From Octopus vulgaris (lineage: Eukaryota): a stretch of 64,000 bases of DNA. The position numbers were made by a program, and so were the translations under genes. Positions 41,439 to 55,043 of this stretch are shown one piece after another. The notes beneath the pieces are model-generated. The model was not told the DNA's origin. It made no database searches and saw nothing but the letters and a program-made list of their open reading frames with translations. Location: NCBI GenBank assembly GCA_951406725.2, contig OX597819.1, forward strand, positions 128,650,001 through 128,714,000, given 5' to 3'. The number at the start of each line of letters is the position of its first letter. Position 1 is the stretch's first letter.

Positions 41439-43775
41439 TATTAATATAAATATACTTTCAAACTGTTAAAATAGAATATAAGAAATGTTCTGTATAAGTT
41501 GAATGGAACTCTGAAAATAGAAAAGAAAGCAATGGTAATTTAGCTTGAGTTTGGAGCTGTGCATACACAAATCAATATCGCTAATTTCAGAGGAAACAAG
41601 TACTAAAAAGGTGAGATGGTTACAGTTACTACGATATATGTATATTTGTCAGAGAAATCCATTGATGATTAAATGTAACCACTCGCAAGCATGGAAATTC
41701 AATCGAGAGGGATAACTCTGGATCAAACAAGAAACTGAACACGCAAAAAGTATATATATTTAACAATGCGCTTACACACTTGCGTACGTAAACATACAAC
41801 ACAAAAGACATTGAAATCTCATATAAATCAACTCCATATTCCGGCAAACTATAACATAGAAAGCAACAGGTGCTTCCGTTATCCCTCACCTTCTGTTTAT
41901 AGATAATCGTGTTGTGTATTTAAGTAATTTGCGTAGAAATATAACAACTCGACACGTAAAATACGCAAAAGCAACCGAAGAGGCCAACACAGACAATGAA
42001 AACAAAAGGCAAAATATACAAACACTGAAATACAAAACCAACGGACAAAGAGAAGAAGAATGAAAATATAACCTTTAAAGAACCAAGCTACTTCATTACA
42101 CATGGCATTCACATGGCTGTTATAATTATATAAGAATCGAAATTACAAGTCTAAGGCAGGAGTTGAATTCCAAAGACCACATCGATAAGCTGTGACAGAT
42201 TAACAAACGGAAGTGGTCCCATAACACGCATAAAATAAACATCAAGTCATATGGATACCATAAACGACTCACGATAATGCACGGGACAAGACAACACTAT
42301 AAGCATTCAAGAATATACACACTATTTGAAATCTCATCAACCAGTCGAGAATGTCAATGAGGCCCTTGACCTGCAAAGAATAGCAGCCAAATCTCCTCCA
42401 TTCTTCTAAAAAAAGGAAGCACACGTTATATGATGCCCTAAATTGAGTCAGAAAAAAAAGCGGGATTGCCATTGCCGGAGTATCTTTAATTATAGGTTTA
42501 CTCAATCAAGGTTGACCTTGGGCTAAACAAAAATCATTCTATCAGGTTACACACTCCAACGACAAAACCTTAACCCATCCTCAAACACCAACACTGCTGG
42601 ATAACAACAACAAAGACAAGTGTTGTGGAAGTTACCTTTAATCATAAGTCTGTTCAATCAGGCTTGCCATGGAATTAAATAACAAGAACAGAAATAAAAA
42701 CTGGCAAACAAGGCGGCGGGGTGACAGAAACGTTAACACCCCGGGTGAAATTCTTAGGAGCATTTCGTCTGTCTTCACATTCTGAGTTCAAATTACGCCG
42801 AGATCGAATTTGCATTCACGGCAAAAGGTGCAAATGAGGGTAGCTATATCAAACTCCATTCCTCACCAAGTACCACATATTAGAGGAGGCTCTTAGTAAT
42901 AACAGTGTAGCACAAAACGGCGGTGCATCAGCATGGCCGCAGCTCTGAGCTGAAACTAGAGAGAGAAAAAAAAACAATTGTATCCTACATAAATAACAAA
43001 ACATATGTTAAAACATCATACAAGGCATTGCTCACAACTCTAGCACTGTCTTTATTGCATTATATGTCTCAATCAAAATCTGAGACAACATAGCCACACT
43101 TCAAATATAAGGAAAACACCCTTGTCAAACATTCTTAGAAGGCCAACCACCTAACATTGCAGAAATAAAGAAGAAACATGAAACGCAGAATACGTACCTA
43201 GATCGTCATTTTAGTCCTTTCGTTTCATGAGACGTTAGAAAAGCAACCAGGAAATCGTTAAACTTAAAATATTCAGGGTTTGACAAAATCATAAATACAA
43301 ACCTAAAATGTCTAGGATTGGGAGAAATCAAAGCGTTCAGCAACATCTACAACTAGTCGTACTAACACTACTAAATCACCAAAAATGGGGAACAGAAAAA
43401 TCACAGCAGTTTTAAAGCTCAACAAAAGCTGAAGTGAAATGACATCACTCGACTTCCTCTTTCTACCTCTCTCTCCCTGTCTCCTCACTCTTTTCTCTCT
43501 CCCTTCTAAGCACTCTCTCAAATGTTTTATAGAGGCTACCCTCGATATCGCTAATTCATATTCTCCACTCAGCTTATAATACTGATTATCATTTCCCTTT
43601 TTACCTTATACAAAAATCGCATGACCGCTTCAACAGAAAGAAAAACAAACGCACTTACATTATTCTAACACGGCACTACACTTTTACTAAGATTCTGCAC
43701 AAAATACTCAGCAAATCTTTGAGCAAAACGTTGACTAGCAATCAAGTTGAAAAAAATATGCGCCGGAGTGGTACA

Positions 43776-44175
43776 GCAGGAGTGGCTGTGTGGTAAGTAG
43801 CTTGTTTACCAACCACATGGTTCCGGGTTCAGTCCCACTGCGTGGCACCTTGGGTAAGTGTCTTCTACTGTAGCCTCGGAGTGGATTTGGTAGACGGAAA
43901 CTGAAAGAAGCCCGTCGTATATATGTATATATATATGTATGTGTATGTGTGTGTGTGTTTGTGTGTGTGTGTTTGTCCTCCTAGCATTGCTTGACAACCG
44001 ATGCTGGTGTGTTTATGTCCCCGTTACTTGGCGGTGCGGCAAAGGAGACCGATAGAATAAGTACTGGGTTTACAAAAGAATGAGTCCTGGTGTCGAGTTG
44101 CTCGACTAAAGGCGGTGCTCCAGCATCGCCTCAGTCAAATGACTGAAACAAGTAAAAGAGTAAAAGAGTAAAGAG
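43776..44175 (+). mobile_element. SINE family C, full length
   Basis: gcaggagtggctgtgtggtaag...accttgggtaagtg...(TA)(TG)...gactgaaacaagtaaaagagtaaaagag. Confidence 0.9.
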
Positions 44176-44747
44176 TTTATAATGACAATACAACTAGAAT
44201 CAGCATTTTCCCTTATATAACCTTTCCATACACATACACAAACTCAGCCTCGTACATAGATAGCATCCCAGTCACATTTTCCCACCAGCCGGTAGACACA
44301 TCTTCTGCAACTACCTAAAAGCTTGGCTCAAACATGGCGGAAAACAAAGACGAAAACAGACGCAATTTCTTTTCTTACAAGAAAACCTACAGAGTTTCAA
44401 TTACAACCCGTCATCGCTGTCACACAATAAAGATTCCAGTTATACAAGAGGTAGACAATGGAAATTACATGCAACAATTTTACGACATTCTCAACATATG
44501 CAGAAGTCATGGTAAATAAAGCATGGCGTGTATATCGCACAACGACGTATTTTAAGCGCCCAGAGAACCGCATTTTTGCTAAAACAAAGAAAGAGCGCCC
44601 TAGAAACATTAGATTATATCAACCAGAGATCATACCAAACCCATATGGATCCTTAATCCCTCTGCAACGAATCTTTCTAACAAACAGCAAAGATTCAGGA
44701 GATTGAGTGGCTGATCGCATGTGGGGCAATTTGTAAATGCTGGTATC

Positions 44748-44978
44748 TGTTTCTTTACTACCCACAAGGGGCTAAACACAGAGGGGACAAACAAGGACAG
44801 ACAAACGGATTAAGTCGATTATATCGACCTCAGTGCGTAACTGGTACTTAATTTATCGACCCCGAAAGGATGAAAGGCAAAGTCGACCTCGGCGGAATTT
44901 GAACTCAGAACGTAGTGACGGGCGAAATACCGCGAAGCACTTCGCCCGGTGTGCTAACGTTTCTGCCAGCTCGCCGCC
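44748..44978 (-). mobile_element. SINE family B
   Basis: 18-bp TSD tttgtaaatgctggtatc at 44730-44747 and 44979-44996. Confidence 0.93.
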
Positions 44979-45912
44979 TTTGTAAATGCTGGTATCATCT
45001 ACAATAGTAACAAAATAGAGCAATTTATATTATTACGTGATAGACACAAAACTATCTACACAACGAAACAAAAAATTCCGAACATGAAAGTCCACTTAGA
45101 CATATGTGGAGCACGCTTTTTTTACTGCATCGAGCAAAAACCTTCACAATCCATTCCGCTATATAAGCATTCTTCACTTAGAACATGATATTTTCAATTG
45201 GAGTCAGTTAATTCTTTAAAAAACCCCTTTTTACTTGTTTCATTGATTAGTTTGTTATACCGGGGCACTACCTGGAAGTACTGTATCGAACACATCGGCC
45301 GTAATACTTATTGTAAATTTAACCGGAGTATATTCAGTGCTGAATTTTATTCCGAATAAACACGTTGTACCGAAATGCAATTCGAAAAAGCCCACCTTTT
45401 ACACAGATGTATAAAGGGTGAACAATTCTCTATGCTACGCTGGGTGTTCGTCTGGTATGTTGATTTTTGCTCATTTTTTATACATCTTGAATTATGCTTG
45501 CATTGAGGATTAAAAGGTGCATTTGTATACTAGTTATGAATGATATGCTGCTGAATTCTGTTTTTAAGAGGCTTGCTTCGAGAGTTGCATTCCCTCGCAT
45601 TCGGTACTATGTGTTTATTTATTTTGGTAGTTTTGACTTTAAGAGTCCCTCCTAGCGTGTGGCATTTATGTAATATATATATATAGTTTCATTTACTAGT
45701 TTTATTCAATAGATTTATAACATATATAGGTTTTTTTTTTACTTTTTAAATATGATTAACTTACATTTGACATAATGACATAATAATGGTAATATATGCT
45801 AGTACTGATAGGGGTAAATTTCACAATAAATTATTAATTCCAGAAAAAGTTTATATGGATAGGCGGTTTAATTTGACGTGGTTATAAAATAGTCGATGAG
45901 AGTTTCTTTTCA

Positions 45913-45985
<73 letters not shown>

Positions 45986-46574
45986 TACATATATATATAT
46001 ACATATATATATATACATATATATATATATCGTTAATATATTTTTAGGTGTTTAATTTTATTAAATTTTTATGAATTTTAGAAAAATGTTATAATTTTTA
46101 AAATCTTATAAAATTTTATAAAAATATATTAGGAAGTTATATATATATATATATTTATTTTTATTCATATTTTTAATGAAAATATCTTAGAATTTGTATG
46201 ATTAAGTTGGATCCGTTAATAATAATAATAAAAAGAAAAATAGCATGAGGACGCACTGGTAGATTTATGTATTAGGTATAGCCTGGTAAAACAAGCCACC
46301 AGAGCAGAAACACGTGTAACGTTGATTAATATTATCTTATTTCTCCACAGTCTAATAACAGGTAAGGTATATATATATTTTTTTAATATGTTTAAAAATT
46401 TTTTTATTAATTCTAATGTACTTTATTTTACTGTACGTTATAGTAGGCTTTAAAATGATTATATTATCAGATTAGTATTTTCGATATAACTTTCTATGTG
46501 TACTCCAGAAAATGAGGTTGTCCTGAAATTGAAGTTATGGTCCCATTGGTAAAATCCCAAATTTGTGATAATAT

Positions 46575-46606
<32 letters not shown>

Positions 46607-46614
46607 GAGTATAA

Positions 46615-46644
<30 letters not shown>

Positions 46645-46656
<12 letters not shown>

Positions 46657-47021
46657 GGCAGTTTGTCTGTGCGTTTTCTGTGTGTCTGTTTTCTCGTACC
46701 CTCACTCTGACCACGGCTTTCAACCGATTCTGATGAAACTTGACACACACATAGCCCAATGTCATAATTCAAAACTAACGCAGCGAAAATTTTGAAAAGT
46801 TCCCCCAGTTCTGAAAAAATCGATAAATTCGACATGGGGTCGAGAATCAGAAACCCAAACCACAGACCGTCTAGGGGACGCAACTCCACCTTTTTTAACT
46901 CTCAAAAAAAATTTACCATCATTTTTTTCCCATTTTTTTGCTATTTTTTTGCTATAACTCTCTAAAAATGCTTTATAGTTATTTCCCTTACAAATCTGAG
47001 CAACGCCGGGCGATACTGCTA

Positions 47022-47022
<1 letters not shown>
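46645..47022 (+). mobile_element. Non-autonomous Helitron (second family member)
   Basis: 3' ~120 bp nearly identical to the 41140 element, including gagcaacgccgggcgatactgCTAG|T; 5' end lost in (TA)n. Confidence 0.8.
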
Positions 47023-47105
<83 letters not shown>

Positions 47106-47294
47106 TTGTGTATGTGTGTGTACGCCTATGTATACATACACACACAGGCATAAATACAAATGCACACAAGCATGCACACTAGTATGCATGCACATGAGTG
47201 CATCACGTTTACATACGCACGCGCATATGTGTATATGTATGTACACACACACTCATATACATACATATGCATATAAATAAATACACATACACAC

Positions 47295-47325
<31 letters not shown>

Positions 47326-47818
47326 CTCATAGACACATACATATATGTGTATATACATGTATATATGTATATGTGTGTGCATGTGTGCATGTGCACCTAT
47401 GCACACATACACACACAGAGGCATATAAGCACATACACAAATATATAAACGCATATACTCGCTAATCAACACACCACACCTCCCCTTAGTTCCTCTCCAA
47501 CCACGCGACCGATTACCTGTCCACCATACGCTCCATTTCCTAGTCACCATGCGGTATATCCCAAGTAATTTTTGCTGCTGAAATACCAACATCAAACTGT
47601 GACACCGCGTGACCTTTCTCGACCAACCGCAGCTCACCTTCCAGTGATAACAATTGACTTTCTCCAACTGATCTCTCATTCAAATTTCCAATGGCTGAGA
47701 ATTAGCCTCACGCTTTGAAACTTACAGTACTAAAGAATTTGAATCAAACTGTTTTGATCTATACATAAAACTCTCAATAAATGTATGGAGTACCCTTCTT
47801 TCGTTTGTCCACTCACTC

Positions 47819-47885
<67 letters not shown>

Positions 47886-47886
47886 C

Positions 47887-47941
<55 letters not shown>

Positions 47942-48039
47942 GTTAATCCAAACAAGAAAGCACAAAAAAACACAACAACGCGAGGACGTGGAACAAATAT
48001 AGTATTATTGGACGCTCAGGAAAGAAGGAAAGAAGGAGG

Positions 48040-48074
48040 GTTTAACGTTTCGAGCGGAGCTCTTCGTCGGAAAC
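48040..48074 (-). ncRNA. Minimal type-I hammerhead-like motif (CCGACGA variant) in a PLE-type repeat (~47940-48140)
   Basis: gttt-CCGACGA-a-gagc tcc gctc-GAAAC-GTT-aaac; all three stems intact; abuts (TA)n. Confidence 0.6.
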
Positions 48075-48140
48075 ATAGGAGAAGGAAAGATCCAAAGAAG
48101 GAAAGACAGAGGAAAAAAATCTCCAACGGTACACACGAGG

Positions 48141-49008
48141 TCCAAAATAATGGAAACACCTTAAAATTTCAAACACATTTATTTTAATATGGGATAGGAC
48201 CACCTTTGGCAGTAATTACAGCTTGAATTCTACGATGTGGAATCGTATAAAGTTTGAATTATTTCCAAAGGAATTTTTGTCCTTTCTTCAGCCAAAACAG
48301 TCTCCAGTTCTTGTAGTGATGATGGTGGAGGATATCGACTCGTTACTTATTTTTCAGAAATGCACCATAAATGTTCAATAATATTGAGATCTAAGGACTG
48401 TGGTGGCCAGCTAAGATGTTCACCCCCACTAGAATGTTCTTCGGGCCATTATCATCCTGAAAGATTGCGTTTCCCTCCGGAAACAGTTCCGCAACCATAG
48501 GATGAATTTGATCAGATAAAATGCTTAAATAATCTTGACTATTAATTCTGCCATGAAGTGAAACCATTGGGCCGGCGGACTTCCAAGATGTAGCCAGATC
48601 ATAACAGATCATCACAGATCCTTCTCTATATATTATTTAACATTTGGAAGAAGGCAGTCTGGGTCAAAGGCTCTTTTGACTCCACACGTATACTCGGCCG
48701 GTGGTCAGAGATAAGGTAAAGGATGACTCGTCCGAGAAAATAACATTTCCTTACGCTAGCGCCTGCCATACGAGCACCAACAATTTGACATCTTTGATTC
48801 TCGATAGATTTGTCATCTTAATGAATTTCAATTTCCTTTTTCTAACGATATTTGAAAAGAAACAGCAATTTTAGCAAACCATATTAAGCAACACTAATAA
48901 TAAATAAATAAAAAACATAAAAATATACAAACTTTTGACGATTTTATAGATATTTCAAAATTATAATGCTATGATGCAAGGTGTGTCCATTAATTTGTTC
49001 AACCCCTA
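48141..49008 (-). mobile_element. Tc1-family DNA transposon relic
   Basis: Transposase motifs VIFSDES, YLSILSDQIHP...IFQDDNGP and WPPQSLDLNIIEHLW; TIR remnants ccaaaataatggaaacacctt / aaggtgtgtccattaatttgttcaacccct. Confidence 0.88.
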
Positions 49009-49718
49009 TATATATGCACATGCAGATACGACAGGATTTTTCACAATTTCGGTCTACTACATTCACTCAAAAGACATTGGTCGGTCTCGGAACTATAATA
49101 GAAGAAACTTGCATAAGGTGCTGCTCACAATAACTGAACCTGAAACTACGTAGATGCCAAACGAACATCTTACCTATGCAGCAAAAATTATCGACTCAAA
49201 CACAAACACACACAAATGTCAGAAACAACAACGATAGCTTCATTAGTCCCATACACCCTGACAGCTTCCGTTATGGCCGACATTATAATTTGCAAGATGC
49301 CTAGATTTCCTCATTCCACTACGTACACAATCAACTCATCTACTCATTCGTCCATGAGCCGTAGTTTTGGCAATACCCGAGATTACTTTGAACAGCAACA
49401 ACAGCAACGATTGAGACCAGAACATAAAAACATCTAATTTGCTGCCGATGCAGCTAATCAGATGACATTTTAAACACACATACACACTCCTGTATGTATG
49501 TGTATATACATACATACACACACACACACACATACATACATACATACATACACACATACATACATACATACATACATACATACATACATACATACGTACG
49601 TACGTACTTACATACATACATACATACATACATGTGTGTGTGTGTGTACGAGCGTGTGGGCAGACGAAAGAAAAGGGCACTCAACAAATTTGGTAGGAGT
49701 TACATGTATTATTTAAAA

Positions 49719-49852
49719 CAGTTTTATTGGGTTTCGTGCGACTTCAAGTTTCGCAGGCCCCTAACAGGAGCCCTTCCCTTTCGGGCTTTAATAAAGACGG
49801 GTTCCCATTAGGAGCCTGCGAAACTTGAAGTCGCACAGAACCGAATAAAACT

Positions 49853-49853
<1 letters not shown>
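49719..49853. repeat. Fold-back hairpin (~55-bp arms) next to (TA)n
   Basis: Perfect core gtgcgacttcaagtttcgcagg / cctgcgaaacttgaagtcgcac; each arm carries GAAAC-ttgaa-GTC (hammerhead 3' half). Confidence 0.85.
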
Positions 49854-49900
<47 letters not shown>

Positions 49901-49922
49901 CACACACACACACGCGCACACG

Positions 49923-49985
<63 letters not shown>

Positions 49986-50253
49986 AAAGAATTGTACAGT
50001 CTAGATCTGGTTTGTAATCTCTGTTGAAGACATCATATTTCCTGATATTGTTTGGAAAATCAATGGAAAAAAGCTTTTCTCATTCTTAACAGCTAATTTT
50101 ATACAAGCTGTGGAGGGGTTTGTAAGAATCAATATTTTTAATCAATCAATCAACATGTATGTATGTATGTACGCATTATATATATATATATATATATATA
50201 ATGTATATATATATATATATAGATCAATAAATGGTGGGGTTGTGTTGGGTTTA

Positions 50254-50341
<88 letters not shown>

Positions 50342-50347
<6 letters not shown>

Positions 50348-50633
50348 CAATGGCCCAGCGGTTAGGGCAGCGGACTCGCGGTTGTAGGATCGCAGTTTCG
50401 ATTCCCAGACCGGGCGTTGTGAGTGTTTATTGAGCGAAAACACCTAAAGCTCCACGAGGCTCCGGCAGGGGGTGGTGGCGATCCCTGTTGTACTCTTTCG
50501 CCGCAACTTTCTCTCTTTTTTCTGTTGTCCTGCTCGCTTCACTTGCAGGGTGGCGTCATTTGAAGGCTAAAACAATGCGAAGCGCATTGTGACCAGCGAT
50601 GTGTAGCAACATCTGATAGCCTAGTCGCTCACG

Positions 50634-50638
<5 letters not shown>
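50342..50638 (+). mobile_element. SINE family A2
   Basis: Head and tail match the 38692 copy; embedded in (TA)n(GA)n...(TA)n. Confidence 0.88.
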
Positions 50639-50673
<35 letters not shown>

Positions 50674-50679
50674 CATATG

Positions 50680-50721
<42 letters not shown>

Positions 50722-50759
50722 CATATGTATGTATACATATATATATACATATGTATGTA

Positions 50760-52165
50760 TGTCAGGTCGCTCTTGAGTGTCACTCGTACCATGTAGTCCA
50801 GTAGAATCTGGTTACATTGTCGAGTCGTTGGCGACTAAACTGGTAACTCCACCAGGCCTGTTGGACACCCTGCGGGACAAAAATTAAGAACCGTCAAAGG
50901 GCGGAGGAACAATAACGTAGTCAACGCCCATTCAGCAACGTGTGTCTGTGGAGTGTTTGTGTGTGTGTGTGTATTGTATATGTTGCATTTTAAACTCTAT
51001 GTGTGTGCATATTGTATATTGTGTTTTAAATTGTATATACTATACGTCAATTTTATTCTTAATTTTACTCAATTTATCTCAATTTTTAATATTTTATTTA
51101 TTTTTCTTATTTTAGTCTTTTTTGTATAATAAATAGATGAGGGGTGGATAAAGCTCCTCTGATTACCCAAAACCATGGCGAAGGTAGTCTGTCTTGGAGA
51201 AAGTAACTCTGAATTTAACTACTTCACTGTTGTCTTGTAGTTAGCCTTTGGTTCGGCAAAGACTGGGTGAAGGACACTCTGGTATAAAACTTGCTACTGA
51301 AAATGCACCCAGTGATGTCGACTTGCTCTTCTTTTTAGATCATGCTTTGTAGTTTAGAGAGTTGGAATGGTTTCTCTGCAAAACTTTTCCTCCCTTTAAA
51401 AAGTGTCAAGCACAGGTTTTGCTGGAGAGGAAAAAGGAATGGACATCTTGTATGTACATGGCTGGCCGAAGCTTAAAAAGGCACAGCTAAATAATGAAAG
51501 TTGATATTGATAATGAAGCAAATGGCAAAAGGGGCTCTGGAACATTTTGTTCTGTGGTCTGGCTCGGCAGGTGTCCCAGGGCACCACAGCCTGGATCCGG
51601 TCGTCATCCTGCAACAGCGAGTAAATTCAGGTTAAGATGTAAGCCTATGAATATAGGATGTTGGAATATTCGAACGTTATTAGGCAATGGTTATCTGAAA
51701 TCTCGTCCGGAGAGAAGATCCGCGCCTGTTGCAAAAGAGTTACAAGCGATATGATATGGATGTTGTGGCGTTAGCCGAAAGAAGAATTCATGGAAAGAGG
51801 AATTTCGTAGAGAAATCTGCTGGGTATAATTTATTTTGGAGCAGTAGAGAGGAGCCCTATAAGAGAGAATCAGCAGTGGGATTTGCAATCAAAACCATTC
51901 TGGTTTCAAAACTTGAGGAACTACCATGTTGTCATTCTGGTCATTCGATGTCTTTAAGACTTCCATTAAGAAAAGGTCGTTGTGCAACACTTCATGAGTG
52001 CATATGCTCCAACTATGAATTCATCAGAGGATGATAAACTTGCCTTCTGTCTATCACTTACAGAGATTATACGCAGTATCCCCCATGATGACAAAGTTGT
52101 CATTTTAGGTGATTTTAATGCTCGCGATGGTGCAGATTGGGAAAGTTGGGGTGTCTTATTATCAG
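50760..52165 (+). mobile_element. RTE-clade LINE 5' part: 5'UTR and frameshifted AP endonuclease
   Basis: MNIGCWNIRTL...RPERRSA...DVVALAE.R...GYNLFWS...VGFAIK...AYAPT...VVILGDFNAR at 51647-52160; RTE-like UTR motif gtcttggagaaagtaactctgaattt at ~51190. Confidence 0.85.
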
Positions 52166-52778
52166 TTATGGTCAATGAGACGATCACACGCTACACACCT
52201 TCCTTCAAAGCACTGCTGTAAACAGCAGAAGTGAGCTAGAACGTTAAAACTTAGTGTGCATGCACAACAGCGTTCAAGGTTAATTTTTATCGAGCGACTT
52301 TATTCTGCGTGCTTTAGCTTCGTTATTATGGCAACAGTCTGGGTACTTATTGATCAGACCTTGAATCTTGAAAATATTATTACACCTCACCTTTCACTAA
52401 ACAGCAGGCAACAAGAATCCTTAAGGTTACTGTAAATGCTTAATCCTATCATTACTAAGGATCAGCCATGGTGAACGCACATACTAAACATAACAGACAC
52501 AACATCCAGATGATTGGCCTTCCCTTTTCAGAGCCAAACATCTTTCAATACAGTAGTCTCCTGCCCCTAACAATTGCCAACTTTCTACAAAGATCAAGTG
52601 ATTGGCCCTATTGAGTACTGCTCCTAGACCTAGGATGGTACTGCAGCTTCACCCACGCACATCCTACACTACATCTAAAGATAGATTATAATGAAGTCGC
52701 TCATCAAATACTGTTTTAAACCCTGGTTCATAAAAGTGCTGCACCTCCGTGTTCCCTTTACTACTGCTGCTGCTGCTG

Positions 52779-52828
<50 letters not shown>

Positions 52829-53259
52829 ACTACTACCACTACTACTACTGGTTCGTCCGGGATGGCTAGTCTTGTACCACTTTCACCCGTTTTTCCCGCT
52901 CTCGATATCCTTTTGTTTACCCTCTGAGCTCTGCACTAACCAGTATTCCTAGTCATTCACCTCCTGTAGCTAGGCTCCATGGCATCCCCTTTCTGCACAT
53001 GGTTTTCTTGGAGGCGTTCACTTTCAACAGTTCAGGTGGTACAACTTACTTCTAAAGCCGAAAAGCAATATTGAAGATAGCAGCGTGGAAGGTGTTTATT
53101 AGCCATTTAAGAAACACACAAAACCGTTAGATTCACTTCAACATTAAAATTTAATTTGTCAAAATATTTTCGTCGCTTATGCAAGTAAATCTCCGTAATA
53201 TTTAAGATATAAAACACAAAAAACACCTCTCTATATATTTATTATACACAGAATAATAA

Positions 53260-53301
53260 CAGTGACTCCGGAGTTTCGGCCAGCTCGTCTTCATCGGACT
53301 G
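53260..53301 (-). ncRNA. Hammerhead-like motif (CCGATGA variant) with inverted decayed partner at 53311-53354
   Basis: cagt-CCGATGA-agacgagctggcc-GAAAC-tccgga-GTC-actg; palindromic stem III actccggagt; stem II imperfect. Confidence 0.5.
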
Positions 53302-53478
53302 TGTGTATGCGTCCAATGAAGGTGAGCTGGTAGAAACTACGAAGACGTTGTTATAAATCTTCTTCCAGTAAAAGTCTAATAAATATATACTCTACAAAAA
53401 GCATTGAGTAATCTTTCAGTTTAATGGACAATTGTTTCCACACGATATAAAAACAAACGTTAATATACAAACATATTT

Positions 53479-53671
53479 AAGGCGGTGGGCTGCCAGAATC
53501 GTTAGTATGCCGCTGCATTTTGCTTGTCTTTACGTTCTGAGTTCAAATTCCGCCGAGGTCGACTTAGCTTTTCATCCTTTCGGGGTCGATAAAATAAGTT
53601 GAACACTAGGGTCGATGTGACCGACTTATCCCTTTCCCCCAAATTACTGGCCTTGTACCAATATTTGAAAT
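53479..53671 (+). mobile_element. SINE family B, older variant
   Basis: ggcggtgggctgccagaatcgttag...gagttcaaattccgccgaggtcgac... Confidence 0.8.
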
Positions 53672-53679
53672 AAATATAC

Positions 53680-53823
<144 letters not shown>

Positions 53824-53872
53824 AAACAAGTCAAAAATAGAAAATGCTAAGATGATTTTATAGTGAATCTTT

Positions 53873-53910
53873 CAGTACCGGTTTCGGTCATTTTGAGACC
53901 TTTTCAACTG
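53873..53910 (-). ncRNA. Hammerhead ribozyme, U3-A8 variant (left arm copy)
   Basis: Reverse complement of 56643-56680. Confidence 0.7.
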
Positions 53911-54600
53911 TAACGATTAAATAATTAAATTTAGAAAAATTAGAAGAAAAGTTTTTTTAAAGGAATATTTCTGTAGTAGTGTTCAGATATAAGTAGCATT
54001 CTGCCTTTCTCTGACTCCCTTGTTTGCACTTGTGTGTTCGAGGTCGTTTTGAGTTCTTGGTAGGATAGGTGAAGAATAATGAGGTTGATGTGGAGAGGGG
54101 TGGGGAAATCTGGGAATGCCTTAATGGTCGTATTTTGAATGGTCAGTGGCTGACAGTGGCTGACAGTAGTCGCAGTTCAATTCAGGAATTGTTTATGGAA
54201 TTTGCGTAGGCGTTATACTGAAAGACATTAGTGACAAGGTTAAGGGGTGGAAGGTGGAGAAGTAGAAGAAGAAGAAGATGACGATGTTGATGATGATGAT
54301 GATGAAGAAGAAGAAGAAGAAGAAGAAGAAGGAGAAGGAGAAGATGGTGGTGATGATGGTGGTGATGATGATGATGGCGACGATGATGATGATAATGATG
54401 ATGATGAAGAAGAAGAAGAAGAAGAAGAAGAAGAAGAAGAAGAAGAAGAAGAAGAAGAAGAAGAAGAAGAAGAAAAAAACAGAGAAGGGAGAATATGAAT
54501 GGGTGTAAGTATAGCTTTGATGGGGCTGATTAGTAATGGATTCTATGGAGTGTAATATTTGTGTGTGTATATATTTCTTTTATTCTAAAGTTGAGGTATA

Positions 54601-54960
54601 TTAATTGTTTGTCGTAGACCCGTTAAGAAGTGGCTTGTATTTTGTAATAAAGAGATTTTCTTTACTTATTCGTTGTCTCGAGGTTGTATCGTCCCTAAAT
54701 TGGTAGAGGGGGAAAATTCTGAAGTTTGGTGTTTTTTTGTTGGCGCAAGTATCTATGTGTTGGCTAAAAGCTATTTTTCTGTTTTGGGGAATTTTTATCT
54801 GGGATCTGTGCAGGGCCATTCGTTTACGCAAACCATTTTTTGTTTGGCCTATGTACTGCTCTTGACACCCGGAGCAGGTTAGTGAGTATATTAGGTTCTC
54901 CGAAGCACATGTGAAGTTGCTTTTCACTGTAAACCGTTGTCCCTGTTTGAAGGAAAACTC
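54601..54960 (-). pseudogene. GIY-YIG endonuclease domain, in frame but 5'-truncated (left arm)
   Basis: NLIYSLTCSGCQEQYIGQTKNGLRKRMALHRSQI...RISKENLFITKYKPLLN; 16-bp deletion upstream relative to the right arm. Confidence 0.85.
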
Positions 54961-55043
54961 TAGTCGCATATCCCGCAATTGGGTCTTCCACATCTTTTTA
55001 CTGTCGGCTTCTGTGTTGAAGAGTGAATTCGGGCTTGTGTAAG

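Noticed and set aside
41650-45200. A-rich segments resembling an L1/Tx1 relic (VEHAFF near 45105)
   Set aside because: Single short motif; no continuous homology recognisable.
50760-50940. Possible HDV-like ribozyme at the RTE 5' end
   Set aside because: Could not assign P1-P4 pairings by eye; needs a structural descriptor search.
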